64,000 nt of DNA, taken from the NCBI GenBank assembly GCA_042216675.1, contig JBDGTS010000007.1, forward strand, positions 1-64,000, read 5' to 3'. The position numbers and the translations under genes were made by a program. This document shows, piece after piece, positions 1 to 11,369 of the stretch; the first letter of the stretch is position 1; each line of letters begins with the position of its first letter. Source of the stretch: Halobacteriaceae archaeon (GTDB taxonomy: Archaea; Halobacteriota; Halobacteria; Halobacteriales; Halobacteriaceae). The notes under the pieces are model-generated. The model was not told the origin of the DNA. It worked only from the letters and a program-made list of their open reading frames with translations, and did not search any database.

Positions 1-1
1 T

Positions 2-84
2 GCCAACCGACGTCCCGTTCGCTTCGCTCACGGGACTCCCCGGTTGGCGCACTTCTTGCCCTCGGTGGCTTCCCTCGAACCGAG
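2..84. repeat. Intergenic nested-hairpin palindromic repeat (REP/MITE-like, CGCTTCGCTC loop), probably truncated by the window start
   Basis: GCCAACCG(2-9) pairs with CGGTTGGC(41-48) and encloses GTCCCGT(12-18)/ACGGGAC(30-36) around TCGCTTCGCTC. A second stem is CTCGGT(61-66)/ACCGAG(79-84). Confidence 0.55.
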
Positions 85-185
85 CCTATCTCATCACGGT
101 CTGCGTTCCGTCGCACGGCCGCGCTCTATATAGCCCTCATAGCACCGTTTAGGTGGCCGGTGCGCCCGTTTTCCACACAGTCCCT

Positions 186-620
186 ATGCGACGACGTGCC
201 CTCCTCGCGAGCATCGGCGCCGCGCTGGTCGGCGCCAGCGGCTGTAGCACCGTCCTCGGAACCTCGACGCGGCCGGCACACACCGTCTCGGTGTATCTGG
301 TCGACGACGAGGTGGCCCGCGACGTGTCCGTGACCGTCGAGAACGACGCCGGCGAGTCCGTGTTCTCGCGCGACTACCGCCTCTCCGAGTCGACGCAGGC
401 CCATGAGGACGCGACGTTCCCCAAATCGAGCGCCCCGGAAACCGTCACCGTCACCGTCGACGGAACCCGGTTCGTGCGCGACTGGCCGGGCTTCGAGGCC
501 CCGCGAGTGCCCTGTGAGGGCGACAACTGGGTCGGCGTCGAGGTGTGGATAGAGCGCGGTCCCGACGGGGCGCCGAGCGTCCGCGTGCAGGCCAACTGCC
601 AGCACGTCACGATGGACTGA
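186..620 (+). CDS. Hypothetical Tat-exported lipoprotein
   Basis: MRRRALLASIGAALVGASGC is a twin-arginine signal with a lipobox Cys. The mature part is acidic and beta-rich. An AT-rich TATA-like tract lies upstream. Confidence 0.75.
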   Translation: MRRRALLASIGAALVGASGCSTVLGTSTRPAHTVSVYLVDDEVARDVSVTVENDAGESVFSRDYRLSESTQAHEDATFPKSSAPETVTVTVDGTRFVRDWPGFEAPRVPCEGDNWVGVEVWIERGPDGAPSVRVQANCQHVTMD

Positions 621-714
621 CGCGAAACTTCATTGATTCCGGAGATGTTCGCCGAAAATCCCCTGCCGTGACTGCAAATCTTTTTGTCGTCGGCCTTGGA
701 CGCCCGCACGAACG

Positions 715-2943
715 ATGGGAGTTACCCGCCAGTTCGAACGCATCAGAGGGAGTTACGGGTCGAAACTCGCGCTCTCGCTCCTCGTCGTCATCGCCGTCGC
801 CGTCGGCATCGGCGGGATGGTGTATCTCCAGACGAACGCGCAACTGGAGGACGACGTGCGCTCCGACCTCACGGCCACGGCGGACGCCCGCGCCGCCGAA
901 CTCGACGCGTGGCTGAACAACGTCCGCGGGCAGACGCGTCTGGCGTCGTCGCGCCCCGTCCTCGCGTCGGGTGACGGCGACGCGGTTTCGACGTTCCTCG
1001 GGGACCTCGCGGCCAGCGACTCCCTCCCGCGGGGCGTCGTGGCCGTCCACTACTACGACGCCTCGGAGGGGCGCATCCTCCGGAGTTCGAGCGACCGGAT
1101 GGTCGGGGTCAGCCCGGCCGAACAGGGCGCGCCCTTCGCCACGGACCCGCCGTCCTTCGAGAACGCCAGCGACGTGGCCGTGACGGCTCCCTTCGAGGTG
1201 TCCATCGCCGAGTTCCCGGTGGTGGCGGTCCTGTCGCCCGTCGAGGGAACGGCGGACAAGCGACTCGTCTACATGGTGAACGTCAACGCCCTCACCGAGG
1301 ACTTCAGCGGCACCGACGGGGGCGATACAGCCGTCGTGAACGCGGCCGGGACCACCGTCGCGCACACGAACGCCAGTCAGACACTGAGCGCCTACGACGG
1401 CCCCGCGGCGTTCCTCGACCGGGCGCTCTCCGGAACGGCGTACGAGAAGCACGGTGACGCGGTCACCGCGGGCGCGTCCGTCTCCGGCGCGAACTGGGCG
1501 GTGCTGGTCCGCGCCCCGACGGGGCAAGCCTTCGCCCTCGGCGACTACGTGGCGTCGAGCATCGTCGGCCTCATCCTGCTGACCGTCGTGAGTCTGGCGC
1601 TCGTCGGGGTCACGCTCGGCAGCACTACCGTCGTCTCCCTCCGCCAGCTCTCCGCGCGGACCGACGAGATGGCGGCCGGGGACCTCGACACGGACATCGA
1701 GACGGCGCGCACCGACGAGTTCGGCACGCTCGTGGACTCCGTGCGGCGGATGCGGGACTCGCTCGCGGAGTCGCTGGCCGACGCCGAGGCGGCGACGGCC
1801 GAGGCTGAGGCGGCCCGCGAGGAGGCCCAGCGGACCGCCGAGGCCCTCGAAACTGCCGCCACGGAGTACGACGAGGCGATGTCCGCCGTTGCGGCGGGCG
1901 ACCTGACGCGGCGCGTCGACGCCGACAGGGACCACGAGTCGATGGCCCGCGTCGGCCGGTCGCTGAACGAGATGCTCGACGACATCGAGGAGAGCGTCGC
2001 CGCCGCGTCGGCGTTCGCGGACCACGTCGCCGAGGCCGCCACCCGCGTCGACGACGGCGCAGGGGACGCGATGTCGGCCGGCCGGGACGTGTCGGGCGCC
2101 GTCGAGGAAATCGCCGACGGCGCGACCGAACAGACCGAGCGCTTACAGGAGGTGGCGAGCGAGGTGGACGACCTCTCTGCCAGCGCCGAGGAAATCACGG
2201 GCACCGTCGCGTCGCTCGCGGAGACGGCGGGACAGGCCGCCGACGCCGTCGAGGACGGGCAGACGGCCGCAGGGGAGGCGGTGGACACGATGGACGCCGT
2301 CGCCGCCGACGCCGAGGCCGCGGCTGACGCGATGGACGCCCTCGACGACGAGATGGAGGACATCGGCGAGGTGGTGGACGTCATCGCCGACATCGCCGAG
2401 CAGACGAACCTCCTCGCGGTGAACGCGTCCATCGAGGCCGCACACGCCGACGCGGACGGCGACGGGTTCGCCGTCGTCGCCGACGAGGTGAAGTCCCTCG
2501 CCGAGGAGTCCCGAACCGCCGCCGGCGACGTGGAGGAGCGACTCCTCGACTTACAGGAGCGAGTGAGCGAGGTGGCCGACGAGATGCGCGAGACGAACCG
2601 ACAGGTCGCCGACGGGCGCGCAACCGTGGACGAGACGGCGTCGGCCCTCGACGACGTGGCGGAGTTCGTCGCCGAGACAGACGCCGCGGCCGGCGAGATT
2701 CGGTCGGCGACCGACCAGCAGGCGGAGGCCGCGAACCGCGTGGCCTCGGCCGTCGACGAGGTGGCCGGCATCAGCGAGGAGACGGCGAGCCAGTCCGAGC
2801 GCGTCGTGACGGCGGCGGACGAGCAGACGGCCACCCTCTCGTCCGTCGAGGACGCCGCCGCCGACCTCGCCGACCGGGCGGCGACGCTCGACGACTTGCT
2901 GGCCGACTTCGACGCCCGCGACGACGGGGGTGTCTCCCGATGA
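715..2943 (+). CDS. htr2: Sensory rhodopsin II transducer HtrII (methyl-accepting, with extracellular Cache-like domain)
   Basis: Two TM helices flank a ~250-aa extracellular domain, followed by HAMP domains and the MCP hairpin [17 protein letters not shown]...[13 protein letters not shown]. The stop overlaps the rhodopsin start (ATGA). Confidence 0.93.
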   Translation: MGVTRQFERIRGSYGSKLALSLLVVIAVAVGIGGMVYLQTNAQLEDDVRSDLTATADARAAELDAWLNNVRGQTRLASSRPVLASGDGDAVSTFLGDLAASDSLPRGVVAVHYYDASEGRILRSSSDRMVGVSPAEQGAPFATDPPSFENASDVAVTAPFEVSIAEFPVVAVLSPVEGTADKRLVYMVNVNALTEDFSGTDGGDTAVVNAAGTTVAHTNASQTLSAYDGPAAFLDRALSGTAYEKHGDAVTAGASVSGANWAVLVRAPTGQAFALGDYVASSIVGLILLTVVSLALVGVTLGSTTVVSLRQLSARTDEMAAGDLDTDIETARTDEFGTLVDSVRRMRDSLAESLADAEAATAEAEAAREEAQRTAEALETAATEYDEAMSAVAAGDLTRRVDADRDHESMARVGRSLNEMLDDIEESVAAASAFADHVAEAATRVDDGAGDAMSAGRDVSGAVEEIADGATEQTERLQEVASEVDDLSASAEEITGTVASLAETAGQAADAVEDGQTAAGEAVDTMDAVAADAEAAADAMDALDDEMEDIGEVVDVIADIAEQTNLLAVNASIEAAHADADGDGFAVVADEVKSLAEESRTAAGDVEERLLDLQERVSEVADEMRETNRQVADGRATVDETASALDDVAEFVAETDAAAGEIRSATDQQAEAANRVASAVDEVAGISEETASQSERVVTAADEQTATLSSVEDAAADLADRAATLDDLLADFDARDDGGVSR

Positions 2944-3605
2944 CGGCGACGTGGTTCTGGGTCGGCGCGGCCGGGATGACCCTCGGGACGGCGCTGCCGG
3001 TCCGCGACGCCCTCCACAGTCCGAGCCACCGGCGCCACGACGCCGTCCTCGCGGGCGTCACCGGCGTCGCGGCAGTCGCGTACGTGCTGATGGCCCTCGG
3101 CGTCGGCGAGATGTCCGTCGCGGACTACACCGTCCACCTCGCGCGCTACGCCGACTGGCTGGTGACGACGCCGCTGTTGGTTCTCTACCTCGGGATGCTC
3201 TCGCGCCCGAGTCGGGGCACGTACGCGACGCTCGTCGGCCTCGACGCCGTCGTCATCGCGGCCGGTGTCGGGGCGGCGCTCACGCCGACGAGCGGCAAGT
3301 GGCTGTTCTACGCCGTCGGCTGTGTCGCGTACGTCGGCCTGCTCTACGGTCTCATCCGGACTCTGCCGCGGGCGCTCGGCGACGACGCCGACCCGCGCGT
3401 CGCGGCGACGTTCACGACGCTCCGCAATCTCACGGTGGTCCTCTGGACCCTCTATCCGGTGGTGTGGCTCCTCGCGCCCACCGGCGTCGGCGTCCTGCAA
3501 CAGCAGATGGAGGTCATCGTGGTCGTCTACCTCGACTTCATCAGCAAGGTCGGATTCGTCGCGTTCGCCGTCGTCGGGAACGAGGCGGTGGACCGACTCG
3601 GCTGA
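2940..3605 (+). CDS. sop2: Sensory rhodopsin II (phoborhodopsin), Halobacterium-type
   Basis: 7-TM opsin with helix [11 protein letters not shown], helix [10 protein letters not shown] and retinal lysine YLDFISKVG. It closely resembles H. salinarum SRII (TWFWVGA, HxSHRRxD, LPRALGDD) and is coupled to the transducer gene. Confidence 0.95.
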   Translation: MTATWFWVGAAGMTLGTALPVRDALHSPSHRRHDAVLAGVTGVAAVAYVLMALGVGEMSVADYTVHLARYADWLVTTPLLVLYLGMLSRPSRGTYATLVGLDAVVIAAGVGAALTPTSGKWLFYAVGCVAYVGLLYGLIRTLPRALGDDADPRVAATFTTLRNLTVVLWTLYPVVWLLAPTGVGVLQQQMEVIVVVYLDFISKVGFVAFAVVGNEAVDRLG

Positions 3606-3606
3606 C

Positions 3607-4377
3607 TCAGTACGTCTCCGCGAGGGCGTCCAGAATCTCGTGGCGTTCGGTGGTGTGGGGCGCCGTCAGCGGCGAGACGCTGACGCTGCCATCCATGACG
3701 GCCCGGCGGTCCGTCCCCTCCGGGTCGTCGATGTCGCCGTTCTCGATGCGCTCCCACATCTGGTCGTGGAGGGTCACCGTCTCGCCCTCGTGGCGCGCCG
3801 CCATGTCGTAGGCGTGGGAGGGAACCGTCACCTGCATCGGCGCCGGGTCGTCGCCGGGCAGGGGCGCGTTCACGTTGAGGTAGTCGGCGTGGTCGAAGAC
3901 GCCCGTGTCGAGGGCGTGGTCGACCAGATACGAGGTGGCGCGCACGGCGTCGCGGTGTTCGTCGTAGGTGGTCCCGGTCCCGAACTTGTCCTGTGGCAGG
4001 TAGAGCGACGTGGCGATGGCGGGGACGTCGAAGAACGCCGCCTCGACGGCCGCGCTGACCGTCCCCGACCGCCCGAGGACGTACATCCCCAGATTCGCGC
4101 CCTCGTTGGACCCCGACACGACCACGTCTGGGTCCGGACAGAGGGCGTCGAGGCCCGCCACCACGCAGTCGCTCGGCGTCCCCTCGACGGCGTAGCCGAG
4201 TTCGTGGTCGCGGACCGCGACTTCGCTCGACATCGACCGGCCGACGGCGCTCTGGTCGCTGGCGGGCGCGACGGCAGTCACGTCGCCAACGTCCGCGAGG
4301 CCGTCGTAGAGGGCGCGGAGGCCGGGGCTCTCGATGCCGTCGTCGTTCGTCAGCAGAATCGACGGGGGGCCGTCCAT
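3607..4377 (-). CDS. surE: 5'/3'-nucleotidase SurE
   Basis: Motifs ILLTNDDGI, APASDQSAVG, GTPSDCV, SGSNEGANLG and SGTVSAA. Confidence 0.95.
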   Translation of the reverse strand: MDGPPSILLTNDDGIESPGLRALYDGLADVGDVTAVAPASDQSAVGRSMSSEVAVRDHELGYAVEGTPSDCVVAGLDALCPDPDVVVSGSNEGANLGMYVLGRSGTVSAAVEAAFFDVPAIATSLYLPQDKFGTGTTYDEHRDAVRATSYLVDHALDTGVFDHADYLNVNAPLPGDDPAPMQVTVPSHAYDMAARHEGETVTLHDQMWERIENGDIDDPEGTDRRAVMDGSVSVSPLTAPHTTERHEILDALAETY

Positions 4378-4414
4378 GGAACCGTAGAAACCCCCCGTCG
4401 CAAAAAGGGCCGCG

Positions 4415-5836
4415 CTACGCCGGGTCGACGACTGCCTCTTCGTCCACGACGAGGTTGTACGCCTCCTCGTCGTCGTTCCAGAGGGTGAGGGCGTTCTCGA
4501 TTCGCATCGGGTCGCCGTAGCCCGCGTCGGCCAGCAGACGGTTGAGCGCCGTCTCGTTCACGAGGACGGCGTAGTGTTCGGTGTCCTCGCTCCCGTCGCT
4601 CACCTTGTAGAGGGGATGCCCCTCGCTCTCGCTCAGGTCGTGGCTCGCCTTGGCGACGACGTGGTCCACTCGCTCGGTGACGTGGCGCTCTGACTCGCCG
4701 AGGGGGGCCGCCGTCGACCGGTCGAGGCGCATATCGAAGCGTCGCCGCCCGTCGGTGCGGAGCGCCGTCCACGAGTAGCGCACGGCCGTCCGCAGATACG
4801 CGCCGGGGTCCTCTGCGCCCGACGCGAGTCGCTGCTGGAACGCCGGCGGTTCGAGGTCCGGCCGCTCGTCGAAGGACCAGCCACGGTCGGTGGGGCGCTG
4901 GTTCGGCCAGAAGCGCGGCATCGGCGCGTGAATCGTCGCCGCGTCCCGTTCGTCGGCAATCTCGCGTTCGACGCCGCGGAGACCCGTACTCGTCTCGCGG
5001 TCCGCGGGCGCCACGGCCAGCATCGTCCCGTCTGGTGCGAGAGCGTCGAGGTAGCGCGCGGCGGTGTCGGCGGGCGCGTCGAGTTCGTTCAGGACGTTCG
5101 CGAACAGAATCAGGTCGTACTCGCCCTCGGGCGCGAACTCCTCGGCCACCTCGCGGTGGAGTTCGGGGTGGAAGTTCGGTCCCGTCTCGTCGACGAGGTC
5201 CCCGAACACCGTCGCGGCGTCGCTCGGTTCGACGGCGTGGTACTCGACGAGGGCTTCGCGCTCAGGGTCGCCGGGGCCGCCGAGAACGTAGTCGTTGACG
5301 GCGAGGGCCGGGCCGCCGACGCCCGCGCCAACGTCGAGGACGCGCAGGCGCCGGTCCAGCAAGCCGTCGCGCCCGAGTTCGTGGAGGGCGTACGCGACGG
5401 CGGCGTAGGCGTCGGGCAGGTGGTAGCAGGCGTAGGCCATCGCGACGTCGGCGTCGTAGGCCACGTCGTTGCGCCAGTAGTAGTCCGTCTTGAGGCGACG
5501 GATGCGCTCCCGGATGGCGTCGCCGGTGTCGCCGGCGTGCCAGTCGCGGCCGTAGGCGTCCAGCAGTCGCGCCTCGAAGGCGTCGGCGTAGGCCTCGGGG
5601 AAGCGTCCCACGCCGTCGAAGTCGGGCGTCAGGGTCTCGTCGGGCACCGGGGCGAAGGTGCCGTTCGCTCGCTCCACCAGATCGAGGGCGACGGCCTCCT
5701 CGCGGAGGATGCGCGCGACGACGGCGGGGTGCGCGCCGCCCGCGACGTACTCGGAGAGTTCGTCCGGGTCGAGGGGGCGGACCCCGCGCAGATACTTCGC
5801 GGCGTCGACCACCTGCTGACGCTCACTCCCCGGCAT
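4415..5836 (-). CDS. Class I SAM-dependent methyltransferase, Rsm22-like
   Basis: SAM motif VLDVGAGVG, plus AYACYHLP and YDLILFANVLNEL. The start overlaps the 3' end of tyrA. Confidence 0.8.
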   Translation of the reverse strand: MPGSERQQVVDAAKYLRGVRPLDPDELSEYVAGGAHPAVVARILREEAVALDLVERANGTFAPVPDETLTPDFDGVGRFPEAYADAFEARLLDAYGRDWHAGDTGDAIRERIRRLKTDYYWRNDVAYDADVAMAYACYHLPDAYAAVAYALHELGRDGLLDRRLRVLDVGAGVGGPALAVNDYVLGGPGDPEREALVEYHAVEPSDAATVFGDLVDETGPNFHPELHREVAEEFAPEGEYDLILFANVLNELDAPADTAARYLDALAPDGTMLAVAPADRETSTGLRGVEREIADERDAATIHAPMPRFWPNQRPTDRGWSFDERPDLEPPAFQQRLASGAEDPGAYLRTAVRYSWTALRTDGRRRFDMRLDRSTAAPLGESERHVTERVDHVVAKASHDLSESEGHPLYKVSDGSEDTEHYAVLVNETALNRLLADAGYGDPMRIENALTLWNDDEEAYNLVVDEEAVVDPA

Positions 5837-6554
5837 CTTCGTAGAGGGCCGCGAACGTTTCGCCGTCGGCCTCGGCGAGCAACTCCGCGGCGGCGGCCAC
5901 GTCGCCGGCCCCGCCGAACGTCTCCTGAATGTCGGCGTAGACGCGGGGCGTGTTCCCCGTTACGCGCTCCGCGAGGTCCGTGAGCGCCTCGTACACGGGC
6001 GTCTCCAACCCATCGGGCACGTCGTCGGCGGCGAGTGCGAAGGCGAGGACGGCGGCGTGTGCGCGGCCTTGCACCGTCGTCATCGCCTCGTCGTGTTCCG
6101 CGGCGCTCACGTCGACCAGCGTGTTGCCGGCGTCGGTCAGCGACGCGCGGACGCCCTCGGTCACCGGCCCGTCCGCGGCCGTCGAGACGGCGACGTTGCC
6201 GGGCGCGGCCGACGCCGAGAACAGGGGGTGGAGGCTCATCCGCTCGGCGTCGGGCGCGACGCGGGCCATCGCGTCGAGGGGGTCGACCATCGCGCCCGTC
6301 ACGTCCACGACGGCCCGGGTGGCCTTCGGCGCGTGTCGCTCGACTGCATCGACGGCGACGGGGAGGGGGACGGCGACGCAGACCACGTCGACTTCGGCGC
6401 CGGCGGAGAGGTCCACGGCGCGCGCATCGCCGCTCGCGGCCGCGGCCGCGTCCGCGGCGGCCTCGGGGTCCCGGTCGGTGAACGCCACGTCGGCGTCTAT
6501 CACCTCGCCGAACCACCGTCCCATCTCGCCAGCCCCGACTACGAGTGCGTCCAT
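5823..6554 (-). CDS. tyrA: Prephenate dehydrogenase
   Basis: Rossmann VVGAGEMGRWF, SLHPLF and AEHDEAMTTVQGRAH; lies near aroA and aroC. Confidence 0.9.
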   Translation of the reverse strand: MDALVVGAGEMGRWFGEVIDADVAFTDRDPEAAADAAAAASGDARAVDLSAGAEVDVVCVAVPLPVAVDAVERHAPKATRAVVDVTGAMVDPLDAMARVAPDAERMSLHPLFSASAAPGNVAVSTAADGPVTEGVRASLTDAGNTLVDVSAAEHDEAMTTVQGRAHAAVLAFALAADDVPDGLETPVYEALTDLAERVTGNTPRVYADIQETFGGAGDVAAAAELLAEADGETFAALYEDAGE

Positions 6555-6590
6555 CGGCGGCGGCTAACCCCGGCCCGGCAAAAAGGGTTC

Positions 6591-7766
6591 CTACGGCAGT
6601 TCGAACTGGCGGGGGTAGTCGGTGAGGTTCTCGTGGCCGTCCTCGGTGACGACGACGAGGTCCTCGATGCGCACGCCGCCCACGTCGGGGTCGTACAGCC
6701 CCGGTTCGACGGTGACGACGTGGCCCGCTTCGAGTTCCTCGCCGCCGTCGGCGAGGCGGGGTCCCTCGTGGACTTCGAGGCCGACGCCGTGGCCCGTGGA
6801 GTGGATGAAGCCCGTCTCAGCGGCCTCGTCGGTGCGGAGCGTCTCGTAGCCCGCGTCCTCGTACACGTCACAGACCGCCGCGTGGACTTCCTCGCCGGTG
6901 ACGCCGGCTTCGATGGCGTCGAGGGCGGCGGCTTGGGCCTCCTCGGTGGCGTCGTAGAACGCGCGGGCCGCGGCCGTCGGCTCCCCCTTCACGAACGTCC
7001 GGGTCATGTCCGCGTGGTACTTCGTCTCCTTGTCCCGCGGGAAGATGTCGACGACGATGGTCTCGCCGGCGTCGAGGGGGCCGCTCCCCCTGTCGTGTGG
7101 GTCGGCGGCGTGCGCGCCACAGGCCACGATGGTCTCGTCGAGCGAACAGCCGTGCCGGAGCAGGGTCGTCTCGATTTCCTCTTTCACGCGTTCGCTCGTC
7201 AGCGGGTCGCCCGCGTGGTGAAGCACGCCGTCCTCGACGTCGGCGGCGGCGAGGAGTTCCTGTGCGGCCTGCATCGCGGCCTCGTTGGCGCGTTGCGCGG
7301 CCCGGATGTGTTCGACTTCGCGCGCGTCCTTCACCGCGCGCACGTCGCCGACGAGACCCTCGGGGTCCGGTTCGACCGCTATCTCGCGGTCTCGGAGGCC
7401 GTCGGCGGTCCAGACGGGGAAGCGCTCGGGCACGCCCACCGATTCGACGTCGAATTCGTCGAGGAAGTCGGCGATGACCGCGTTGCGGGCGGTCTGCCGG
7501 CCGTGCTCGGCCGCTCGGGCGCGGTAGTCGTAGTCGGCCCAGCGCCTCACCGCGTCGGCGTGACTCTCCTCGCTGGCGCGGCCGAACTCCATGCTGGAGA
7601 CGAGGAGCGCGATCTCCTCGGGCGTGTAGAGCGTCACGAACGGGTCGGGCGCGTCGAAGCCCGAGAGGTACAGTTGGTCGGCCGAGTCGCCCGCCGCGTC
7701 GAGCAGATAGCCGTCGAGGCGTCGGTCCGCGAGCGCATCGGCGAGGGTGTCCAGAGTCGGTCGCAT
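6591..7766 (-). CDS. Xaa-Pro peptidase (M24 family)
   Basis: DIFP...[23 protein letters not shown] and TVEPGLY...GGVRIED. Start placed at ATG 7766, because the longer called ORF overlaps the thioredoxin gene. Confidence 0.92.
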   Translation of the reverse strand: MRPTLDTLADALADRRLDGYLLDAAGDSADQLYLSGFDAPDPFVTLYTPEEIALLVSSMEFGRASEESHADAVRRWADYDYRARAAEHGRQTARNAVIADFLDEFDVESVGVPERFPVWTADGLRDREIAVEPDPEGLVGDVRAVKDAREVEHIRAAQRANEAAMQAAQELLAAADVEDGVLHHAGDPLTSERVKEEIETTLLRHGCSLDETIVACGAHAADPHDRGSGPLDAGETIVVDIFPRDKETKYHADMTRTFVKGEPTAAARAFYDATEEAQAAALDAIEAGVTGEEVHAAVCDVYEDAGYETLRTDEAAETGFIHSTGHGVGLEVHEGPRLADGGEELEAGHVVTVEPGLYDPDVGGVRIEDLVVVTEDGHENLTDYPRQFELP

Positions 7767-7838
7767 GCCGACGCTTTCGAACCGGCCGGATAAACCGCCT
7801 GCGGTAGCCCTACCCCGCTCGCGTCCCAACGGGCGACC

Positions 7839-8165
7839 ATGACCGACCGACCCATCTCCCTCGACGACGCCGCGGCCCTCGACGCCTTCGTCTCGGCCCA
7901 CGACCCGGCGCTGGTGATGTTCTACACCGAGGGCTGTACGCTCTGTGCGAGCATGGAGCCGGTGCTGAGCAACGTCGCGCGGGCCACCGACGCCGCGGTG
8001 GCGACAATCAACCCCCGCGACGACCCCCCGCTGGTCGAGCGATTCGACGTGCGGAGCGTCCCGCTCCTCGTCCTGTTCCGGAACGGGGAGCCAGTCGCCC
8101 GCCGCGCCGAGGGCTTCGTGTCCACGGAGGAGGTAGTGGACTTCGTGGCACGTCCGGAATCCTGA
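7839..8165 (+). CDS. Thioredoxin-family protein
   Basis: FYTEGCTLC CxxC motif and FDVRSVP cis-Pro loop; 108 aa. Confidence 0.88.
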   Translation: MTDRPISLDDAAALDAFVSAHDPALVMFYTEGCTLCASMEPVLSNVARATDAAVATINPRDDPPLVERFDVRSVPLLVLFRNGEPVARRAEGFVSTEEVVDFVARPES

Positions 8166-8190
8166 TACCGCGCCCCGCCGACGCACGGAT

Positions 8191-9477
8191 ATGGACGTCA
8201 CCATCGACCCGTCGTCGGTTCGCGGCCGCGCCCGTGCCCCGCCGTCGAAGAGTTACACGCACCGGGCCATCCTCGCCGCCGGCTACGCCGACGGCGCCGT
8301 GGTCCGCGCACCCCTGTCGAGTGCCGACACCCGAGCGACGATGGACGCCGTCGAAGCGTTCGGCGGCCACGTCACCCCCGAGGACGACGACGCCATCGCC
8401 GTCTCCGGGTTCGCCGGCACGCCGCGCGTTCCCGACGACGTCGTCGACTGCCGAAACAGCGGCACGACGACGCGCCTCGTCACGGCGACGGCGGCGCTCG
8501 CGGACGGCCTGACGGTGCTGACCGGCGACGAGTCGCTGCGCTCCCGCCCGCAGGGGCCGCTTCTGGACGCCATCGAGCAACTGGACGGCCGCGCGGAGAG
8601 CACGCGCCGGAACGGACAGGCACCCCTCGTCGTCGGCGGCCCCGTCACGGGCGGTCGCGCGGCCATTCCGGGCGACGTGTCCTCGCAGTACGTCACGGCC
8701 CTGCTGATGGCCGGCGCCGTCACCGAGGACGGCGTCGAAATCGACCTGACGACGGAACTCCGGTCGGCGCCGTACGTCGAAATCACCCGGGAAGTCCTCG
8801 ACGCGTTCGGCGTCGAGACGGAGCGAACCGACAGCGGCTTCGCGGTGCCCGGAGGCCAGTCCTACGCGCCCCCGGACGGTGAGTACACCGTCCCCGGCGA
8901 CTTCTCCTCGGCGTCGTACCTGCTCGCCGCGGGCGTCCTCGCCGCGCCCGAGGGCCTCACCGTCGAGGGTGTCTACCCGAGCGCACAGGGCGACACGGCC
9001 ATCGTCGACGTGATTCGGCGGATGGGTGCCGACGTGGACTGGGACCGCGACGCCGGCGAAATCGAGGTCAGCGAGTCCGCGCTCTCGGGCGTCGAGGTGG
9101 GCGTCGCGGACACGCCCGACCTCCTCCCGACCATCGCCGTCCTCGGTGCCGCCGCCGACGGCACGACCAGAATCACCGACGCCGAACACGTCCGCTACAA
9201 GGAGACAGACCGCGTGGCGGCGATGGCCGAGGCCCTCGACGCGATGGGCGCCGTCGTCGAGGAACGCGAGGACGAACTCATCGTCCACGGGGGCGAGAGC
9301 GACCTGCACGGCGCGGAACTCGACGGGCGGGGCGACCACCGCATCGTCATGTCGCTGGCCGTCGCCGGCCTCGTCGCGGACGGCGCGACGACCATCACCG
9401 GGGCCGAACACGTCGACGTGTCGTTCCCTGACTTCTTCGACGTGCTGTCCGACCTCGGGGCCGTCGTGGACCGCTGA
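8191..9477 (+). CDS. aroA: 3-phosphoshikimate 1-carboxyvinyltransferase
   Basis: [31 protein letters not shown] and DHRIVMS motifs. Confidence 0.97.
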   Translation: MDVTIDPSSVRGRARAPPSKSYTHRAILAAGYADGAVVRAPLSSADTRATMDAVEAFGGHVTPEDDDAIAVSGFAGTPRVPDDVVDCRNSGTTTRLVTATAALADGLTVLTGDESLRSRPQGPLLDAIEQLDGRAESTRRNGQAPLVVGGPVTGGRAAIPGDVSSQYVTALLMAGAVTEDGVEIDLTTELRSAPYVEITREVLDAFGVETERTDSGFAVPGGQSYAPPDGEYTVPGDFSSASYLLAAGVLAAPEGLTVEGVYPSAQGDTAIVDVIRRMGADVDWDRDAGEIEVSESALSGVEVGVADTPDLLPTIAVLGAAADGTTRITDAEHVRYKETDRVAAMAEALDAMGAVVEEREDELIVHGGESDLHGAELDGRGDHRIVMSLAVAGLVADGATTITGAEHVDVSFPDFFDVLSDLGAVVDR

Positions 9478-9521
9478 GCGGATTGCAACATCTAAATGCC
9501 CCCGCCACCCAGTGACCGGTA

Positions 9522-10700
9522 ATGAACGGCAACAGCTTCGGTCGGCTCTTTCAGGTCACCACCTTCGGGGAGAGCCACGGCGAGGCGATGGGGGTCACCG
9601 TCTCCGGCTGTCCCGCGGGCCTCGAACTGTCCGAGGAGGACATTCAGCGGGAACTGGACCGGCGCAAGCCCGGCCAGTCGAAGATTTCGACCAGCCGCGG
9701 CGAACCCGATAAGGTGTCCATCAAGTCCGGCATTCAGGACGGCTACACGACGGGGACGCCCATCGGGATGGTCATCCAGAACAAGGACGCGCGCTCGGGG
9801 AAGTACGAGCCGTTCATCACGGCGCCCCGACCCAGCCACGGCGACTTCACGTACTCCACGAAGTTCGGCACGCGGAACTGGGGCGGCGGTGGCCGCTCCT
9901 CGGCGCGCGAGACGGTGAACTGGGTCGCCGCGGGCGCCATCGCGAAGAAGATTCTCGAAACCGAGGGCGTCGAAATCGCGGCGCACGTCAACCAAATCGG
10001 CGACGTCGAGGCGCCCGAGGTGGACTTCGAGACGATTCAGGAGAACGTCGAGGACAACGAGGTGCGCTGTGCTCACCCCGAGACGGCAACGGAGATGCGC
10101 GACCTCATCGACGACTATCAGGAGGCCGGCGACTCCATCGGCGGGTCCATCTACTTCGAGATTCAGGGCGTTCCCCGGGGTCTCGGCGCGCCGCGCTTCG
10201 ACTCCGTCGAGGCCCGCCTCGGGCAGGCGATGCTCTCGGTGCCCGCGACGACGGCCTTCGAGTTCGGCCTCGGCCGCGAGGCCCGCGAGTACACCGGCCT
10301 CGAACGCAACGAGGACTGGACCGTGGACGAGAACGGCGACCCCATCCCCGAGGGCAACGACCACGGCGGCCTGCAGGGCGGCATCACCACCGGCCAGCCG
10401 ATCTACGGCGAGGTCACCCTGCACGCACCCACCTCCATCCCCTCCGAGCAGACGACGGTGGACTGGGAGACGGGCGAGGAGAAGACGGCGCAGGTCATCG
10501 GCCGCCACGACCCCGTCCTGCCGCCCCGCGGCGTCCCCGTCGTCGAGTCGATGCTGGCGCTGACCGTCCTCGACTTCATGCTCCTCGGCGGACGCATCAA
10601 CCCGGACCGCCTCGACGACCGACCCGGCGAGTACGACACCGACTACCACCCCGCCAGCCCCGAGAACGACCCCGACGACGCCGACACGCACGTCGAGTAG
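9522..10700 (+). CDS. aroC: Chorismate synthase
   Basis: TTFGESHG, PRPSHGD, GGGRSSARET and GRHDP signatures. Confidence 0.97.
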   Translation: MNGNSFGRLFQVTTFGESHGEAMGVTVSGCPAGLELSEEDIQRELDRRKPGQSKISTSRGEPDKVSIKSGIQDGYTTGTPIGMVIQNKDARSGKYEPFITAPRPSHGDFTYSTKFGTRNWGGGGRSSARETVNWVAAGAIAKKILETEGVEIAAHVNQIGDVEAPEVDFETIQENVEDNEVRCAHPETATEMRDLIDDYQEAGDSIGGSIYFEIQGVPRGLGAPRFDSVEARLGQAMLSVPATTAFEFGLGREAREYTGLERNEDWTVDENGDPIPEGNDHGGLQGGITTGQPIYGEVTLHAPTSIPSEQTTVDWETGEEKTAQVIGRHDPVLPPRGVPVVESMLALTVLDFMLLGGRINPDRLDDRPGEYDTDYHPASPENDPDDADTHVE

Positions 10701-10739
10701 CGCAACACCTACCTTCCCCCGTCGGCTACCGCCTCGTGA

Positions 10740-11369
10740 ATGGACGCCGAACAGGACGCGTGGGCCAACCCCTTCGGCATGGACGAGGCCTGCGAGCAGT
10801 GCCGCCTCTGTGAGACCCGCGAGCGCGTCGTCCACGGCTACGGTGACGTGGGCGCGGACTTCCTCTTCGTCGCGGCGCGACCCACCGACGGCGCCGAGGC
10901 CACCGGCGTCCCCCTCACCGGCGACGCGCGGGGCGAGCGATTTCACTCGGTTCTGGGCCGTCTCGGCCTGAACAACTCGCTCCCGAGCAGTGACCGCCCG
11001 GAGCTCGACGACGCCTTCCTCACGCTCCTCACGCGCTGTCGGGACCCCGACCGGGGGCCGAGAGACGACGAAGTCGCGGCGTGCGAGCCGTTTCTCAACG
11101 CCGAGATTCGGACAATCAACCCCGAGATTCTGATTCCCGTGGGCGAGCGCCCGTTCCGAGAACTCCTCGCGGACTACACCACCGACGACCCCGACGATTA
11201 CCGCCTCGCTGACGCTCACGCGACGACCATCCGCGGCCGCGGCTTCGAACTCGTGCCGATGAAAGACCCCGCGGACCAGAGCGACGCCGACGCCGAGGCG
11301 TTCGTCAATCACTTCCTCACGTTGATGGACCGCGACTACCGACAGACCAAGGGGCGCCGGAGCCGATGA
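10740..11369 (+). CDS. Uracil-DNA glycosylase family 4/5-like protein (Fe-S cysteines, divergent active site)
   Basis: CEQCRLC...VVHGYG, GVPLTG, TRCR, ACEPFL and INPEILIPVG match the UDG-4 fold pattern. Confidence 0.75.
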   Translation: MDAEQDAWANPFGMDEACEQCRLCETRERVVHGYGDVGADFLFVAARPTDGAEATGVPLTGDARGERFHSVLGRLGLNNSLPSSDRPELDDAFLTLLTRCRDPDRGPRDDEVAACEPFLNAEIRTINPEILIPVGERPFRELLADYTTDDPDDYRLADAHATTIRGRGFELVPMKDPADQSDADAEAFVNHFLTLMDRDYRQTKGRRSR

